A stretch of 64,000 nucleotides of DNA from an uncultured delta proteobacterium (GTDB taxonomy: Bacteria; Desulfobacterota; RBG-13-43-22), in contig CAWDKY010000029.1 in assembly GCA_963802945.1 (NCBI GenBank), forward strand, positions 32,001-96,000. Direction: 5' to 3'. Made by a program: the position numbers and the translations under genes. The notes beneath the pieces are model-generated. The model worked only from the letters and a program-made list of their open reading frames with translations. It searched no databases and was not told the DNA's origin. Within the stretch, counting starts at the first letter, position 1; each line of letters starts with the position of its first letter. This document shows positions 50,866 through 61,566 of this stretch, one piece after another.

Positions 50866-52632
50866 TTAATAAAGAATTGTCCCATCGGAATTAAAACTAT
50901 CGGAGTACAACTGGGCCATCTCCTGACGGACATGGGCATTAACTTCTTCCGTGGTGTTCAGGGTAAACACTTTTTTTATAAATGCCTTTGATTTTTTATA
51001 AGAACTCATTCTGATGATCCGCTTGACCCGTGGGATGGACATGGGATTCATGCTGAGCTCATCCAGCTTCAGCCCAAGTAAAATCGGCAGATAAAGGGGT
51101 TCACCGGCCATCTCTCCGCACATAGCCACCTGGATCCCGGCCCGGTGGCCGGCCTCAACGGTTTCCCGGATCAAACGCAGAATGGCCGGGTGTAAAGGCT
51201 GATACATATGAGCCACATGTTCGTTAACCCGGTCGATAGCCAGGGTATATTGAATCAGGTCGTTAGTTCCTATACTGAAAAAACTCACTTCCCGGGCCAG
51301 CAGATCGGCCATGGCCACGGCCGAGGGAATCTCTATCATGATCCCGATGGGGATTTGGGGATTAAAAGGAATCTTGTCCTTCTGAAGCTCTTCTTGGACT
51401 TCTTTAAGGATGGCTTTGGCCCTGAAGACTTCGTCGATGTCGGAAATCATGGGAAAGAGTATTTTCAAGTTCCCGTAGGGACTGGCCCGAAGGATGGCCC
51501 GAAGTTGTCGCTTAAAAATATCCACCTCCTTCAGACTAAAGCGGATGGCTCGTAAACCAAGGGCCGGGTTCATCTCCTCGGCCAAGTCCATATTAGACGC
51601 AAACTTGTCGCCGCCGATATCGAGAGTCCGAATAGTGACCGGATTGGGGGCGATTAACCGGGCCGCATTTCTGAAGCTTTCGAAAAGGGTTTGCTCGCTG
51701 GGCAGTTCTTTCTGGCTCAAATACAAAAATTCAGTACGAAAAAGGCCGATGCCCTCTGCCCCGTTGGCCAACACCGTGGGAATCTCTTCCAGAAACTCAA
51801 TATTGGCCAGGGTCTTGATTTGGTATCCATCCAGCGTTTCGGCGGGTAAATAGCTATATCGGGCTATTTCGGTCCGGTATTCGGTAAACTTTTTCTTTTT
51901 TTGTTGAAAAGACTCTAAGGTCTCCGGATCGGGATTTAGGATCACCTGCCCATCGCTACCATCCACGATAATCAGATCGCCGCTTTTCACCCCCTGGCTG
52001 ATGCGCTCCAGACCGACCACGGCCGGGATCTCCAGGGATTGGGCAATGATGGCCGTATGAGAAGTCTTTCCGCCCATATCGGTGACAAAACCTAAAACAT
52101 TGTCCAGGCGCATCTGGGTGGTATCGGCCGGAGACAGATCGTGGGCCACAATAATGACCTGCCCCTGAATTTCTGATAGATTCTCAACCTGCTTTCCGGT
52201 CAGATTCCTGAGGATCCTCTCTGAAACATAGACCACATCATTAATCCGGCCACGGAAATACTCGTCCTTTATTTTAGCAAAGATCTCCTGAGCATGTTCC
52301 ACGGCCTTTCTGAGTGCCCATTCGGCATTGATCTTTTCCTTTTGAATGGTCTCCAGAGTCTGGTCATAGATCATCCGGTCCCGGAGAATTAAGCGGTGAG
52401 AATCAATAATACCGGCATGGTCTTTTATTTCTTCCGGGATTTCTTCGATGATCTGATGAAGTTGAATATCGGCCTTGGTCACCGCTTCCTTGAAACGTTC
52501 CATTTCGAGCTCGATCTGGCTTGGATCGAGAAGATATTGATTAACGACCTTGACCCGGCTGCGATCCACCAGATAAGCCCGGCCGATGGCCACACCTTCA
52601 GATGCCCCGATCCCCTTCAAGATGGTATTCAT
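50866..52632 (-). CDS. ptsI: PEP-protein phosphotransferase (PTS enzyme I)
   Basis: GGKTSHTAI, GLFRTEF, NPALGLRAIR, SIGTNDL, MCGE. Confidence 0.96.
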   Translation of the reverse strand: MNTILKGIGASEGVAIGRAYLVDRSRVKVVNQYLLDPSQIELEMERFKEAVTKADIQLHQIIEEIPEEIKDHAGIIDSHRLILRDRMIYDQTLETIQKEKINAEWALRKAVEHAQEIFAKIKDEYFRGRINDVVYVSERILRNLTGKQVENLSEIQGQVIIVAHDLSPADTTQMRLDNVLGFVTDMGGKTSHTAIIAQSLEIPAVVGLERISQGVKSGDLIIVDGSDGQVILNPDPETLESFQQKKKKFTEYRTEIARYSYLPAETLDGYQIKTLANIEFLEEIPTVLANGAEGIGLFRTEFLYLSQKELPSEQTLFESFRNAARLIAPNPVTIRTLDIGGDKFASNMDLAEEMNPALGLRAIRFSLKEVDIFKRQLRAILRASPYGNLKILFPMISDIDEVFRAKAILKEVQEELQKDKIPFNPQIPIGIMIEIPSAVAMADLLAREVSFFSIGTNDLIQYTLAIDRVNEHVAHMYQPLHPAILRLIRETVEAGHRAGIQVAMCGEMAGEPLYLPILLGLKLDELSMNPMSIPRVKRIIRMSSYKKSKAFIKKVFTLNTTEEVNAHVRQEMAQLYSDSFNSDGTILY

Positions 52633-52654
52633 GGATCCCTTTTCCTTTAAAGGA

Positions 52655-52918
52655 TTATTCTTCTCCGAACTTGTCATCGATCAGCCTTTCCATGGCCTCC
52701 AGGAGCTTATCGGCATCGGGACCGTCGGCCCGCAGTGAAATGATAGACCCCTGAGGACAAGCCAGGGTCAAAATGCTTAAGATGCTTTTACCATCCACTT
52801 CCTGGCCATTGAACTGGATGGTAAGGTTTGAGGAAAAACTGTTACTAAGTTCAACTATTTTTGCTGCTGCCCGGGCATGAAGGCCTAATTTATTTTTTAT
52901 AACAAAATCACATTCCAT
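52655..52918 (-). CDS. ptsH: HPr phosphocarrier
   Basis: GLHARAA, DGKSIL. Confidence 0.94.
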   Translation of the reverse strand: MECDFVIKNKLGLHARAAAKIVELSNSFSSNLTIQFNGQEVDGKSILSILTLACPQGSIISLRADGPDADKLLEAMERLIDDKFGEE

Positions 52919-53021
52919 TTTTATAGTTAACAGGGTTTCTCTCGTTTGTTTGGTCTTTAAGGTTTATCGGGTCTATTACTATCATTTTTTCAAGGATCTT
53001 CACGGCACATTAAAGATCAAT

Positions 53022-53159
53022 TGAAGCTCTCTGCACCACGTGCAGTCCTGCAAATCAGGATTCCAGGCAAGGAAAAGGTTTATGGTTGTAATTCGCTCGT
53101 CAGTCCCGTCTTCGGCGGGATCACGCCTTTGGTCTGACGAAGAATGCGCTCGCTGTTCA
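53022..53159. mobile_element. Miniature palindromic element overlapping the rsmI 3' end
   Basis: TGAAGCTC...ATTCGCTCG...GAATGCGCTCGCTGTTCA with internal hairpin TCCCGTCTTCGGCGGGA. Confidence 0.45.
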
Positions 53160-53841
53160 TCGGAGACAGTATAAGAGTATATTCCCCCTTGGGTTCCCGG
53201 TCGGCCAATTGGCGTATCAGCCCGCTTACAGGGCCGGCCAGGATTTCTTCATAAACCTTGGTCAGTTCACGGGCCAAGACCGCTTCCCTCTCCCCTAAAA
53301 TGGACTGAATCTCCTCAAGGAGATTTTTTATCCGGTGGGGTGCTTCATAGAAAATGACGGTCCTCTTTTGTTCTTTCATTTCCTGAAGGATCTTTATTCG
53401 GCGGCTTTTCCGCCTGGGCAAAAAACCCAGAAAGACAAAAGAGTCCCCCGACAATCCCGAGGCGCTCAGGGCGCAAGTTAGAGCCGATGGCCCTGGAATG
53501 GGGACCACGGGTATTTGAGCCTTCCGGGCTTCCTGAACCAGTTCTCGTCCTGGATCGCTGATGCCCGGGGTCCCGCCATCCGTCACCAGGCTGATCTGTT
53601 GCCCTTGATCCATTCGTTCAAGCAGATGGGGGATTTTTCTATATTTATTATTTTCATTAAAGCTGATTATGGGGGAATGAAGGTCATGGGCCGAGAGGAG
53701 TTTTTGAGTCCTCCGTGTATCCTCCGCCGCTATCAGATCAGAACCTTTCAGTACCTCCAAAGCCCGCAGGGTAATATCTTTTAAATTACCCAGCGGCGTC
53801 GCCACCACATAGAGGGTGCCTTTTTTTTTCGGAACTGTCAT
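53080..53841 (-). CDS. rsmI: 16S rRNA C1402 2'-O-methyltransferase
   Basis: LYVVATPLGNLKDIT, AEDTR, GTPGISDPG, RELTK. Confidence 0.95.
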   Translation of the reverse strand: MTVPKKKGTLYVVATPLGNLKDITLRALEVLKGSDLIAAEDTRRTQKLLSAHDLHSPIISFNENNKYRKIPHLLERMDQGQQISLVTDGGTPGISDPGRELVQEARKAQIPVVPIPGPSALTCALSASGLSGDSFVFLGFLPRRKSRRIKILQEMKEQKRTVIFYEAPHRIKNLLEEIQSILGEREAVLARELTKVYEEILAGPVSGLIRQLADREPKGEYTLILSPMNSERILRQTKGVIPPKTGLTSELQP

Positions 53842-53959
53842 CAAGTAACCCAACGAAGAAAAGTTTAATTCGAAACCAATGAAAGTTCAAGTTTCAATGG
53901 GCGTTCGTTTTCTCTCAAAGTGAAACCTTCGGCCTTAAACCTTCAACCTTCAGCCAATT

Positions 53960-54346
53960 TTAATACGCTAGGTCAAAGGCGTTTCGGAACAATTCGATTT
54001 TCGCTTTCCCCTGATCCAGATCAATGGCCACCACGTCAAATCGGGCCGGCTGATCCAAGAGAGAAAGGCGTTTTAAATAGTCCAGGGCCACCATGGACAA
54101 CTTCCGTTGTTTCTTGGGGCCGACCGCCCATTTGGCCGTTCCAAAATCAGAAGACAACCGGGTCTTGACCTCCACAAAGACCAAGGTCTTTTTATCCCGG
54201 GCAATAATATCAATTTCTCCAAGCGGGGTTTTAAAATTTCTTTCTAGGACCTTATACCCTTTTTTTTTGAGGAGTTCGAAGGCCAGATTTTCTCCTCTTC
54301 GGCCCACCCGGGTGCGAGGGTCCTCAGCCGGCTTTTCGAATCTCAT
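53960..54346 (-). CDS. yraN: YraN family endonuclease-like protein
   Basis: GEIDIIA..LVFVEVKTR, RFDVV. Confidence 0.92.
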   Translation of the reverse strand: MRFEKPAEDPRTRVGRRGENLAFELLKKKGYKVLERNFKTPLGEIDIIARDKKTLVFVEVKTRLSSDFGTAKWAVGPKKQRKLSMVALDYLKRLSLLDQPARFDVVAIDLDQGKAKIELFRNAFDLAY

Positions 54347-54962
54347 CGGGAACGGTTCCCCTGAAACTTAGGCGATGGAGTGGACAAGGCCCGTATTTCT
54401 TCAAGGCCGTCAGATGCTCTTGAGTCCCATAGCCTTTGTTTTTAAAAAAATTATATTGCGGAAAACGGTAATGCCACGATTCCATAAGTTTGTCTCGAAT
54501 GACTTTGGCTATAATAGAGGCGGCTCCAATGGAGTGGCTCAAGCGATCACCCTGGATCAGACATTTCTGAACAAAAGGTTGGTTCAATGGACGGTTCCCA
54601 TCAACCAGGATCAAATCGGGTTTCAGATTGAGGTGGAAGACCGCCTTTTCCATGGCCGACAAGGAAGCCTGGAGGATATTCCATTGATCAATTTCCCGGG
54701 GTCCAACCAGCCCCAGACCCACGGCCATGGCTTTCTGCTTGATCAAAGGAAAAAGGGCAGCTCGTTGCTTTGAGGTTAATTGTTTGGAATCGGTCACACC
54801 GGGGATAAAGACCCCCGATGGAAAAATGACCGCCGCTGCCAGCACCGGTCCGGCCAGAGGACCCCGCCCGACCTCATCCACACCGGCAATCAGGAGGGCC
54901 CCTAATGGATCAATTTTATTTTCGTAAAAATCAGAGGACTTCTTCTCAATGCGCACAACCAC
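54324..54962 (-). CDS. rnhB: Ribonuclease HII
   Basis: GVDEVGRGPLAGPV, DSK, AASIIAKV. Confidence 0.97.
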   Translation of the reverse strand: MVVRIEKKSSDFYENKIDPLGALLIAGVDEVGRGPLAGPVLAAAVIFPSGVFIPGVTDSKQLTSKQRAALFPLIKQKAMAVGLGLVGPREIDQWNILQASLSAMEKAVFHLNLKPDLILVDGNRPLNQPFVQKCLIQGDRLSHSIGAASIIAKVIRDKLMESWHYRFPQYNFFKNKGYGTQEHLTALKKYGPCPLHRLSFRGTVPDEIRKAG

Positions 54963-55079
54963 CTGATCGATAGATCAAAAGGGTACAGGAGGTTCGAAGA
55001 TCGGCTTTCGAGTTCGGAGTCTAAAATCTTTTAATTCAACTCAATATTCATGACTCCGAACTCAACAACTCCGAACTTA

Positions 55080-55451
55080 TCAGGCCTTGGAGGCTGCCGC
55101 ATTCGGGGTGGTTCGCCGTTCTTTGATCCGAGCGGCCTTGCCTTTTAATTCTCTCAAGTAATACAGTCGAGATCGGCGAACCTTTCCCTGAGTGACAATA
55201 TCAATCCGATCGATAGCCGGTGCGTGGAGCGGGAAAATACGCTCTACTCCCACGCCGTAGGAAACTTTACGGACCGTAAATGTGGCCCCTGTATTTCCTT
55301 TTCTTTTCCGAATGACGACTCCTTCAAAAACCTGGATTCGTTCCTTTTCCCCTTCTTTTATTTTAACATGGACCCGAATTTGGTCTCCGGTTTTAAAGTC
55401 GGGAAGATCCACCCGCATCTGCTCTTTTTCCAACATGGTCAAGGCATCCAT
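55080..55451 (-). CDS. rplS: 50S ribosomal protein L19
   Basis: [23 protein letters not shown]. Confidence 0.98.
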   Translation of the reverse strand: MDALTMLEKEQMRVDLPDFKTGDQIRVHVKIKEGEKERIQVFEGVVIRKRKGNTGATFTVRKVSYGVGVERIFPLHAPAIDRIDIVTQGKVRRSRLYYLRELKGKAARIKERRTTPNAAASKA

Positions 55452-55471
55452 TGTATTTGCTCCTTTTCCTG

Positions 55472-55611
55472 ACAGGGTCTGAAAAACACCCATCTGCTCC
55501 GCATTTCGTGGATAGCGCTTCGCCCTTCGTCACTGCCGCAGGTACTTTTTATGTACGCCTCATTCCTCAGGACTTGCGCGCCTTACATCTGGATGTTTTT
55601 AAATCCCCTGC
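55472..55611. mobile_element. MITE-like element, family D, between trmD and rplS
   Basis: Shares CATTCCTCA...TTGCGCGCCTT..GTTTTT with 50683-50809. Confidence 0.6.
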
Positions 55612-55624
55612 ATTATATTTATTG

Positions 55625-56359
55625 TCAATCCTTTTTCTGCAAATTCTGTAAAAACTTCCGGTCTTCCGGACTTAAGCGCTCATCTTCAATCAAATTGGGC
55701 CGCCGTTTTAGGGTTTTGGCCAACGATTGACGGCGCCTCCAGGTCCGGATTTTTTCATGGTCCCCCGAGCATAGAATTTCCGGAACTCCATGCCCTTGAA
55801 AATTTCGGGGTCGTGTGTATTGGGGATACTCCAATAACCCCTCTTCAAAAGATTCTTCCTTCCCCGAATCTGCACAGCCCATAACCTCGGGAATCAATCG
55901 GATCAAGGCGTCTAAAAGAACCAGAGCCGCCGGTTCCCCGCCGCTTAATACATAGTCTCCAATCGATAGCTGTTCATCGCAGAAAAAATCAGCTATCCGC
56001 TCATCAACCCCTTCATACCTCCCGCAGATGAGGATGGTTCGGGGACAAAGAACCAGTTCTTTGACCCGGGGTTGTTTAAGAGGGGTTCCCTGAGGGGTCA
56101 AAAGAATTACCCAGGGACGCGGCCCAGATAGGCCTTTCAGCCAAGTCAAGGCCCGGAAGATGGGATCGGGTTTTAAAATCATCCCCGCTCCACCGCCAAA
56201 CGGCCTGTCATCCACTGTTCGATGCCGATCACAGGCAAAGTCACGCAGATTGAATATCCGGACCTGGGCCAGTCCATTTTCCAACCCCCGGTGCAGGATC
56301 CCTTCTCTCAAGGGAGAAATAAAGTGGCCGGGGAAGAGGGTCAGGATATCAACAATCAT
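55625..56359 (-). CDS. trmD: tRNA (m1G37) methyltransferase
   Basis: VDDRPFGGGAGM, CGRYEGVDER, SIGDYVLSGGE. Confidence 0.98.
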   Translation of the reverse strand: MIVDILTLFPGHFISPLREGILHRGLENGLAQVRIFNLRDFACDRHRTVDDRPFGGGAGMILKPDPIFRALTWLKGLSGPRPWVILLTPQGTPLKQPRVKELVLCPRTILICGRYEGVDERIADFFCDEQLSIGDYVLSGGEPAALVLLDALIRLIPEVMGCADSGKEESFEEGLLEYPQYTRPRNFQGHGVPEILCSGDHEKIRTWRRRQSLAKTLKRRPNLIEDERLSPEDRKFLQNLQKKD

Positions 56360-56885
56360 GACCTGGGTCACTACCCCCGGAGAGGCCATTGAAATCCCGG
56401 ACCCGGATTTCTCCTTGGGGTATATTTATCGAAACCACAAAGTCTTCGACAGCCGGCAGGAGCAATTCCTCTTTACCGTTTCTGATGACCCAGATGTCAT
56501 GCGCCGCTGTCGGAAATATTTCTTCCATGATACCCAAAAACCGGCCTTGCTCGTCATAAGCCCGGCTACCGATCAATTGGTACCAGTAATATTCTCCTTC
56601 AGGAAGGGCGTTCAGGTCCTTCTTGTCCATATATAGGGCCTGTCCGCTTAATCCTTCCGCCTGTTGACGATTATCCAGCCCCTGAAAGGTAAGAAGTAAG
56701 TCATGGGCCTGAACTTTCACTTCAGAGATCAACAAGGCCTTCATTTCTTGGCCCAAACTCAAATAAACTTTGCGTCCGGCACAAAAATTCTCATGGGAAG
56801 AGGCATAAGAATGGACCTTCACCTGACCGCGCAACCCATGAGGTTTGGCCACCTTGCCGATTAACAGAAAGTCCGATTTCATCAA
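56349..56885 (-). CDS. rimM: Ribosome maturation factor RimM
   Basis: PHGLRG, EYYWYQLIG; synteny. Confidence 0.95.
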   Translation of the reverse strand: MMKSDFLLIGKVAKPHGLRGQVKVHSYASSHENFCAGRKVYLSLGQEMKALLISEVKVQAHDLLLTFQGLDNRQQAEGLSGQALYMDKKDLNALPEGEYYWYQLIGSRAYDEQGRFLGIMEEIFPTAAHDIWVIRNGKEELLLPAVEDFVVSINIPQGEIRVRDFNGLSGGSDPGHDC

Positions 56886-56900
56886 GTTATGAATATTTTC

Positions 56901-57131
56901 TTATTCAAGGATTTCCAGCACCGATCGTTTTTTGATCTTGGTGGAAGCGGCGCTCAGGATAGTCCTTATGGCCCTGGCGGTTCGTCCCTGTTTTCCGATG
57001 ACCTTGCCCAGATCCTCCTTAGCCACCTTTAACTCGATGACCGAAGTCTGTTCCCCTTCTATTTCATTGACTTCCACTTGATCCGGATTATCCACTAAAG
57101 CCTTAGCAATGTACTTTACCAAATCTTTCAT
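56901..57131 (-). CDS. khpA: KH-domain RNA-binding protein
   Basis: [13 protein letters not shown]; rpsP-rimM synteny. Confidence 0.92.
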   Translation of the reverse strand: MKDLVKYIAKALVDNPDQVEVNEIEGEQTSVIELKVAKEDLGKVIGKQGRTARAIRTILSAASTKIKKRSVLEILE

Positions 57132-57277
57132 GCCGCTTACCTCCTCCTTTTGAGTTGCCGGTTGGACGTCATATCCTGATTCCGATTATGTTGTCTGGCT
57201 CGCAATCGGCCAGTGGATCCGTTCTAATGAATCGGTAATGGTCACAGAAGAGGGGTGAGGCCTTTGCCTCAACGTTT

Positions 57278-57526
57278 TTATCCCTTTAATACGCCGCTGA
57301 TGCGAATCAAATTTTTCACAGTAGCCGTAGGTTCAGCCCCTACGGAAAGCCATTTTTTCAATACATCCTGTTTCCAAGAAATCGCTGCCGGTTCTTTATT
57401 GGGATCGTAAGTCCCAACGATCTCAATGTACCGCCCGTCTCTTGGAGACCCGGAATTGGCCACCACCATTCGATAAAAGGGCCGTTTCTTAGCCCCTATC
57501 CGGGTCAATCTGATTTTAGTCGCCAT
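57278..57526 (-). CDS. rpsP: 30S ribosomal protein S16
   Basis: KIRLTR.G.KKRPFYR, PRDG. Confidence 0.98.
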   Translation of the reverse strand: MATKIRLTRIGAKKRPFYRMVVANSGSPRDGRYIEIVGTYDPNKEPAAISWKQDVLKKWLSVGAEPTATVKNLIRISGVLKG

Positions 57527-57580
57527 AATGCCTACGCTCCTTTTTCCATCCTTTTTGTAGTCTATAATAACCAAAGCCGG

Positions 57581-58913
57581 TTAAAAAGGCAAGTGTCCTC
57601 TTTGGAAGGCTTTTCGACCTCCCTTACCAAATTGTTTAAGCATCTTTTGCATCTGCTCAAAATTTTTAAGCATTTTGTTGACTTCTTGGACCGTGGTCCC
57701 GCTCCCCTTGGCAATTCGTCGGCGCCGGCTTCCATTGATCAGCTGATAACTTCCTCGTTCCTCAGGGGTCATAGAATTGATAATGGCTTCTGTCCGCACC
57801 AGTTCTTTTTCGTCGGGTTTTAACTCTTTTAAGCCCTTCACCCGGTTTATACCCGGGATCATCTGGATCATCTGTTCCAAAGAACCCAGCTTTTTTATTT
57901 GTTTGAGTTGATCTTTAAAGTCATCCAGAGTAAAGGTTTCCTTGCGGATTTTTTTCTCTAATTCTATGGCCTGTTTCTGATCGAAATGAACCTGAGCCTT
58001 TTCGACCAGGGAAAGGATATCCCCCAGGCCCAGTATCCTGGAGGCCATCCGGTCGGGATGAAAAGGCTCCAGGGCCTCCAATTTTTCTCCGACGCCGATA
58101 AATTTGATCGGTTTTTGGATGACCGATTTGATGGACAAAGCAGCCCCTCCCCGGGCGTCTCCTTCCATTTTGGTCAGGATGACCCCGGACAGCTCGCAGC
58201 CATTCGTTGAATTTCTGGGCCACGTTGACGGCGTCTTGGCCGGTCATAGCATCGGCCACCAGGAGAATTTCATTGGGCCGGACCCGCTCCTTGATCTGCT
58301 TCAGTTCGGCCATCAAGGCCTGATCGATATGCAAACGGCCGGCGGTATCCAGGATCAGGGGATTTAATCCCTTTTGTTTGCCCCACTCCAGGGCCGAGAG
58401 ACAAAGCTCCAACGGATTAATCTTGGGATCGGATGGATAGACCTCAACCCCGGCTTGCCCGCCCACTTTGTGAAGTTGGTCTATGGCTGCCGGACGGTAA
58501 ACATCGGCCGGTACCAAACCCGGTCGGAAATTTTTTCCTTTTAAATATAGAGCCAATTTCCCGGCCGTGGTAGTTTTCCCTGAGCCTTGAAGGCCGGCCA
58601 GCATAATGGCCACCGGCGAGCGTCCGGCTAAATTCAGGTCCTGCCTGGCCCCACCCATGAGTTCGGTTAATTCTTCCTGAACAATCTTGATCACCTGCTG
58701 GGCCGGTGTTAGGCTGGCCAGAACCTCCTGTCCCAAAGACCTTTCCTTGACCCGGTCAATAAAGTCCTTGGCCACCTTGTAGTGCACATCGGCTTCCAGT
58801 AAGGCCAGACGGACCTCCCGAAGGCCTTCTTTCATGTTGGCTTCGCTTAACTTCCCCTGGCCTTTCAATTTTTTGAAGGTCAGGTTCAATCTTTCGGATA
58901 GGGACTCAAACAT
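57581..58913 (-). CDS. ffh: Signal recognition particle protein, +1 frameshift near 58195 (probable sequence error)
   Basis: GLQGSGKTT, DTAGR, GDARGGAALS, SRRRRIAKGSG over two ORFs. Confidence 0.95.
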
Positions 58914-59099
58914 TACGGTCTTTCTGGAAAAGTTATAAATTTATAATTTAACTATACATTTTCAAAAATGTCAAGGGACTTTTATTTAATTTTTTGGAAT
59001 TACTTTCTAAACATCAAGCAAAACAGTACACCCACAAAGCGGGTTTGCACATCTTTGATTTTGAAAAGTGAGGACCGGCCGAGTAACTTAATAGTAATA

Positions 59100-59305
59100 A
59101 ATCCCTACTCCACAGCCAAGGCGTTGGTCATTCCCAAGTCTTCTCGTTGGGATCAGATTTCTTCGGTTATAGGACCTTTGACCACAAGGTGATGATGGAT
59201 TTTTTGAATGAATAGCTGAGGCAGATATTTGCCTTTGACCATGGCTTCAGACATATTTTGGGTATCGCCGCTCTGGGAATGAAACACAATAGGGATTTTT
59301 GTCAT
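59100..59305 (-). pseudogene. Internally deleted flavodoxin-like gene remnant
   Basis: MTKIPIVFHSQSGDTQNMSEAMVKG...VVKGPITEE, with stops. Confidence 0.55.
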
Positions 59306-60001
59306 AATGATTTAATCGTTTGCATTTGTTAATAAAATAAAATTATTTGGATGTTATGGGCAAGCCTAATATTCATCTATTATGATTTGTAAATATACAC
59401 TTTTCAAACTTTTTGTAAATGAGGAAGGAGCCCTCAAGTTTCCTCGAACATGGCCTCACCGTACTGAATTCAACGAGTACACAAGTCTTCATCTGGACAT
59501 GACTAGGGACCTTAACGATTACTGAATTGTAATAAACAAGACAAGCAGGGCCACTTCTGATATTTAATTATATTGCCCTTAAAGATCGCTTGATGGAGAA
59601 GTGAAACCTTAGCGGCTAAGGGATAAGACGGTCCTGGTTATGGGGCTTATTATGTGGATCAGGGAATTAACCATGTTGGAAATGGGGGTTGTCCGGAGAA
59701 TTAATCGGGTACTATCCGTTTTATTCCAAGGCGAGTGAAAGGCAGCAAAATAAAATTTGAAAGGGATTTAACCCCGGCCCATGCTTTTGCATCTAATAAA
59801 CTAAAAGAAGAGAGGAGTCCTATAGGCAACGGAGCCTGCCGGGAAGCAAAGAGGGAACCGGACCAGTCAGGTTTTAAATGAAAGCCTGCCTGAGAAAAGG
59901 TTGTCACTTAATCTGGAATGGTCTAACATAATATAAAATCGGCTAAAATGAAGTCCGGTTATTTCATAAGGTCAACCAAGTTTAAGGTGGTCAAGAAACC
60001 T

Positions 60002-60446
60002 ATGAATAAGCACATTTGTTTGTTAAGTATCCTTTTTTTGTTAACCCTATTAGGGTCACATAAACAGGCCGAGGCTTATCGTGGGTATGGTTGGTTCTTT
60101 CCCGGATTGGTTATTGGTGGTGCAGTAGGCTGGGCTCTGGCCCCACGTTACTACTACCCTCCGGCATATTACCCCCCACTTCCGCCATATTATTATTCCC
60201 CCCCGGGCGAAGTCAGTCAAGCCCCTCCGATGGGAGGCCAGGGGTTCATCTATCCCCGCCAAAGTCAGGGCCAAGAGAAAGTCGAGAATGATCGTAATGA
60301 GTGCCAGGGTTGGGCTGTGGATCAGACAGGATACGACCCAACTAAGACGCCGCCTGCCATGTCTCTAGATCAGAGACCAGAAGAGCGCCGACTTTCTGCG
60401 GGCGGCGGGTGCCTGTCTTGATGCCCGTGGGTATACCATGAGATAA
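60002..60446 (+). CDS. Exported Pro/Tyr-rich protein, frameshifted near 60380
   Basis: Signal peptide, IYPRQSQ..DRNECQGWAVDQTGYDP; alternate frame ends GACLDARGYTMR. Confidence 0.65.
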
Positions 60447-60733
60447 ATGGAAAATGTCAAAAACCAGATTTAACCGAAAGTGATCAGAGTGACGACCTGG
60501 GGATGTTATCTCTTATTTAAATACCATCCATTGTATTAAGCAGGTAGGGGCTCACACGGTACGAATCTTTTGCCCATGATTACCAAAATAGGTCGCTTAA
60601 AAATTGGGAGACTTTTTGAAGCTAATCCGTGTTTTTCTGAAAAGGGATTTGTATAATTTCCTAAGGGCATAAAAACGGGGACCTCTTTATCAAGAGCCGA
60701 AGGATGCCAACGAGTTAAAGGTCGGTGATTTTT

Positions 60734-61468
60734 ATGGAAAGATCAAAAAAATCTATAAGGACACGGTTACAAAATTTTTATCACTGGGCTGTCAATATCT
60801 TTCACTTTGACGGATTATTGGCCCTCTTCTGGCGATTGATTTGCAGGGGTTTCCGTCCTCTCGGCATCTTAGAACTGGTAACCATCTTTGAAAGGGAGTT
60901 AGAGCCACCGCTCCAAGAAATAAAGGCCAAGGTGGATTTGGCTGTCGCCCTGGCTGAAAAATCAGAGATCGAGTCGATCATCAAGCTGGGGGAAGAACGT
61001 GAGACAAAAGGGCGGAAAGCTAAAATCAGAAACTTGATTCTTAACCGGTTTCAAAAAGGGAGCCTGTGTTTTTTAGGAAAAATTGGAACAGAGATCGTCC
61101 ATTACAACTGGATTTCTTTTAACTGGGAGGAATCTTTGGCAGGTCGATTCCTGCATTTAAAAGAAAACGAAGCCTTTTTCCTGGACGCCTTCACCCCAGA
61201 AAAATGGCGGGGTGAAAAAATTTATCCCGCTGTACAATATCACATATTTCATTATCTTAAACAGATAGGGTATCGAAAGGTTTTTACCCTGGTGGATATA
61301 GATAATAGATCCTCAAAAAAAACCCATTATTTCCATGGTTGGCAGACCATTGGTCTTGTCTTATGTTTTACCCCCCGTGGTGCCGCAAAGGGCTGGGTTT
61401 GGCGGATCAGGGGGAACGTTGCCCCTTTTTTGGAAAAGCAAATTCCGAATCAAGTCATGAAATCTTGA
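60734..61468 (+). CDS. GNAT-like acetyltransferase
   Basis: DAFTPEKWRG, DNRSSKK pattern. Confidence 0.65.
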   Translation: MERSKKSIRTRLQNFYHWAVNIFHFDGLLALFWRLICRGFRPLGILELVTIFERELEPPLQEIKAKVDLAVALAEKSEIESIIKLGEERETKGRKAKIRNLILNRFQKGSLCFLGKIGTEIVHYNWISFNWEESLAGRFLHLKENEAFFLDAFTPEKWRGEKIYPAVQYHIFHYLKQIGYRKVFTLVDIDNRSSKKTHYFHGWQTIGLVLCFTPRGAAKGWVWRIRGNVAPFLEKQIPNQVMKS

Positions 61469-61566
61469 GAAGAGCAGGGGTTATTAACATTGGAAAAATA
61501 ATCAATTCAAATTTTAAATTTCCATGAAATAGCATGGATTAGTGCCATGGGAAGGCTGATTATTAT

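Noticed and set aside
57581-58913. Programmed frameshift or pseudogene in ffh
   Set aside because: No slippery site, essential gene, many similar indels in the window
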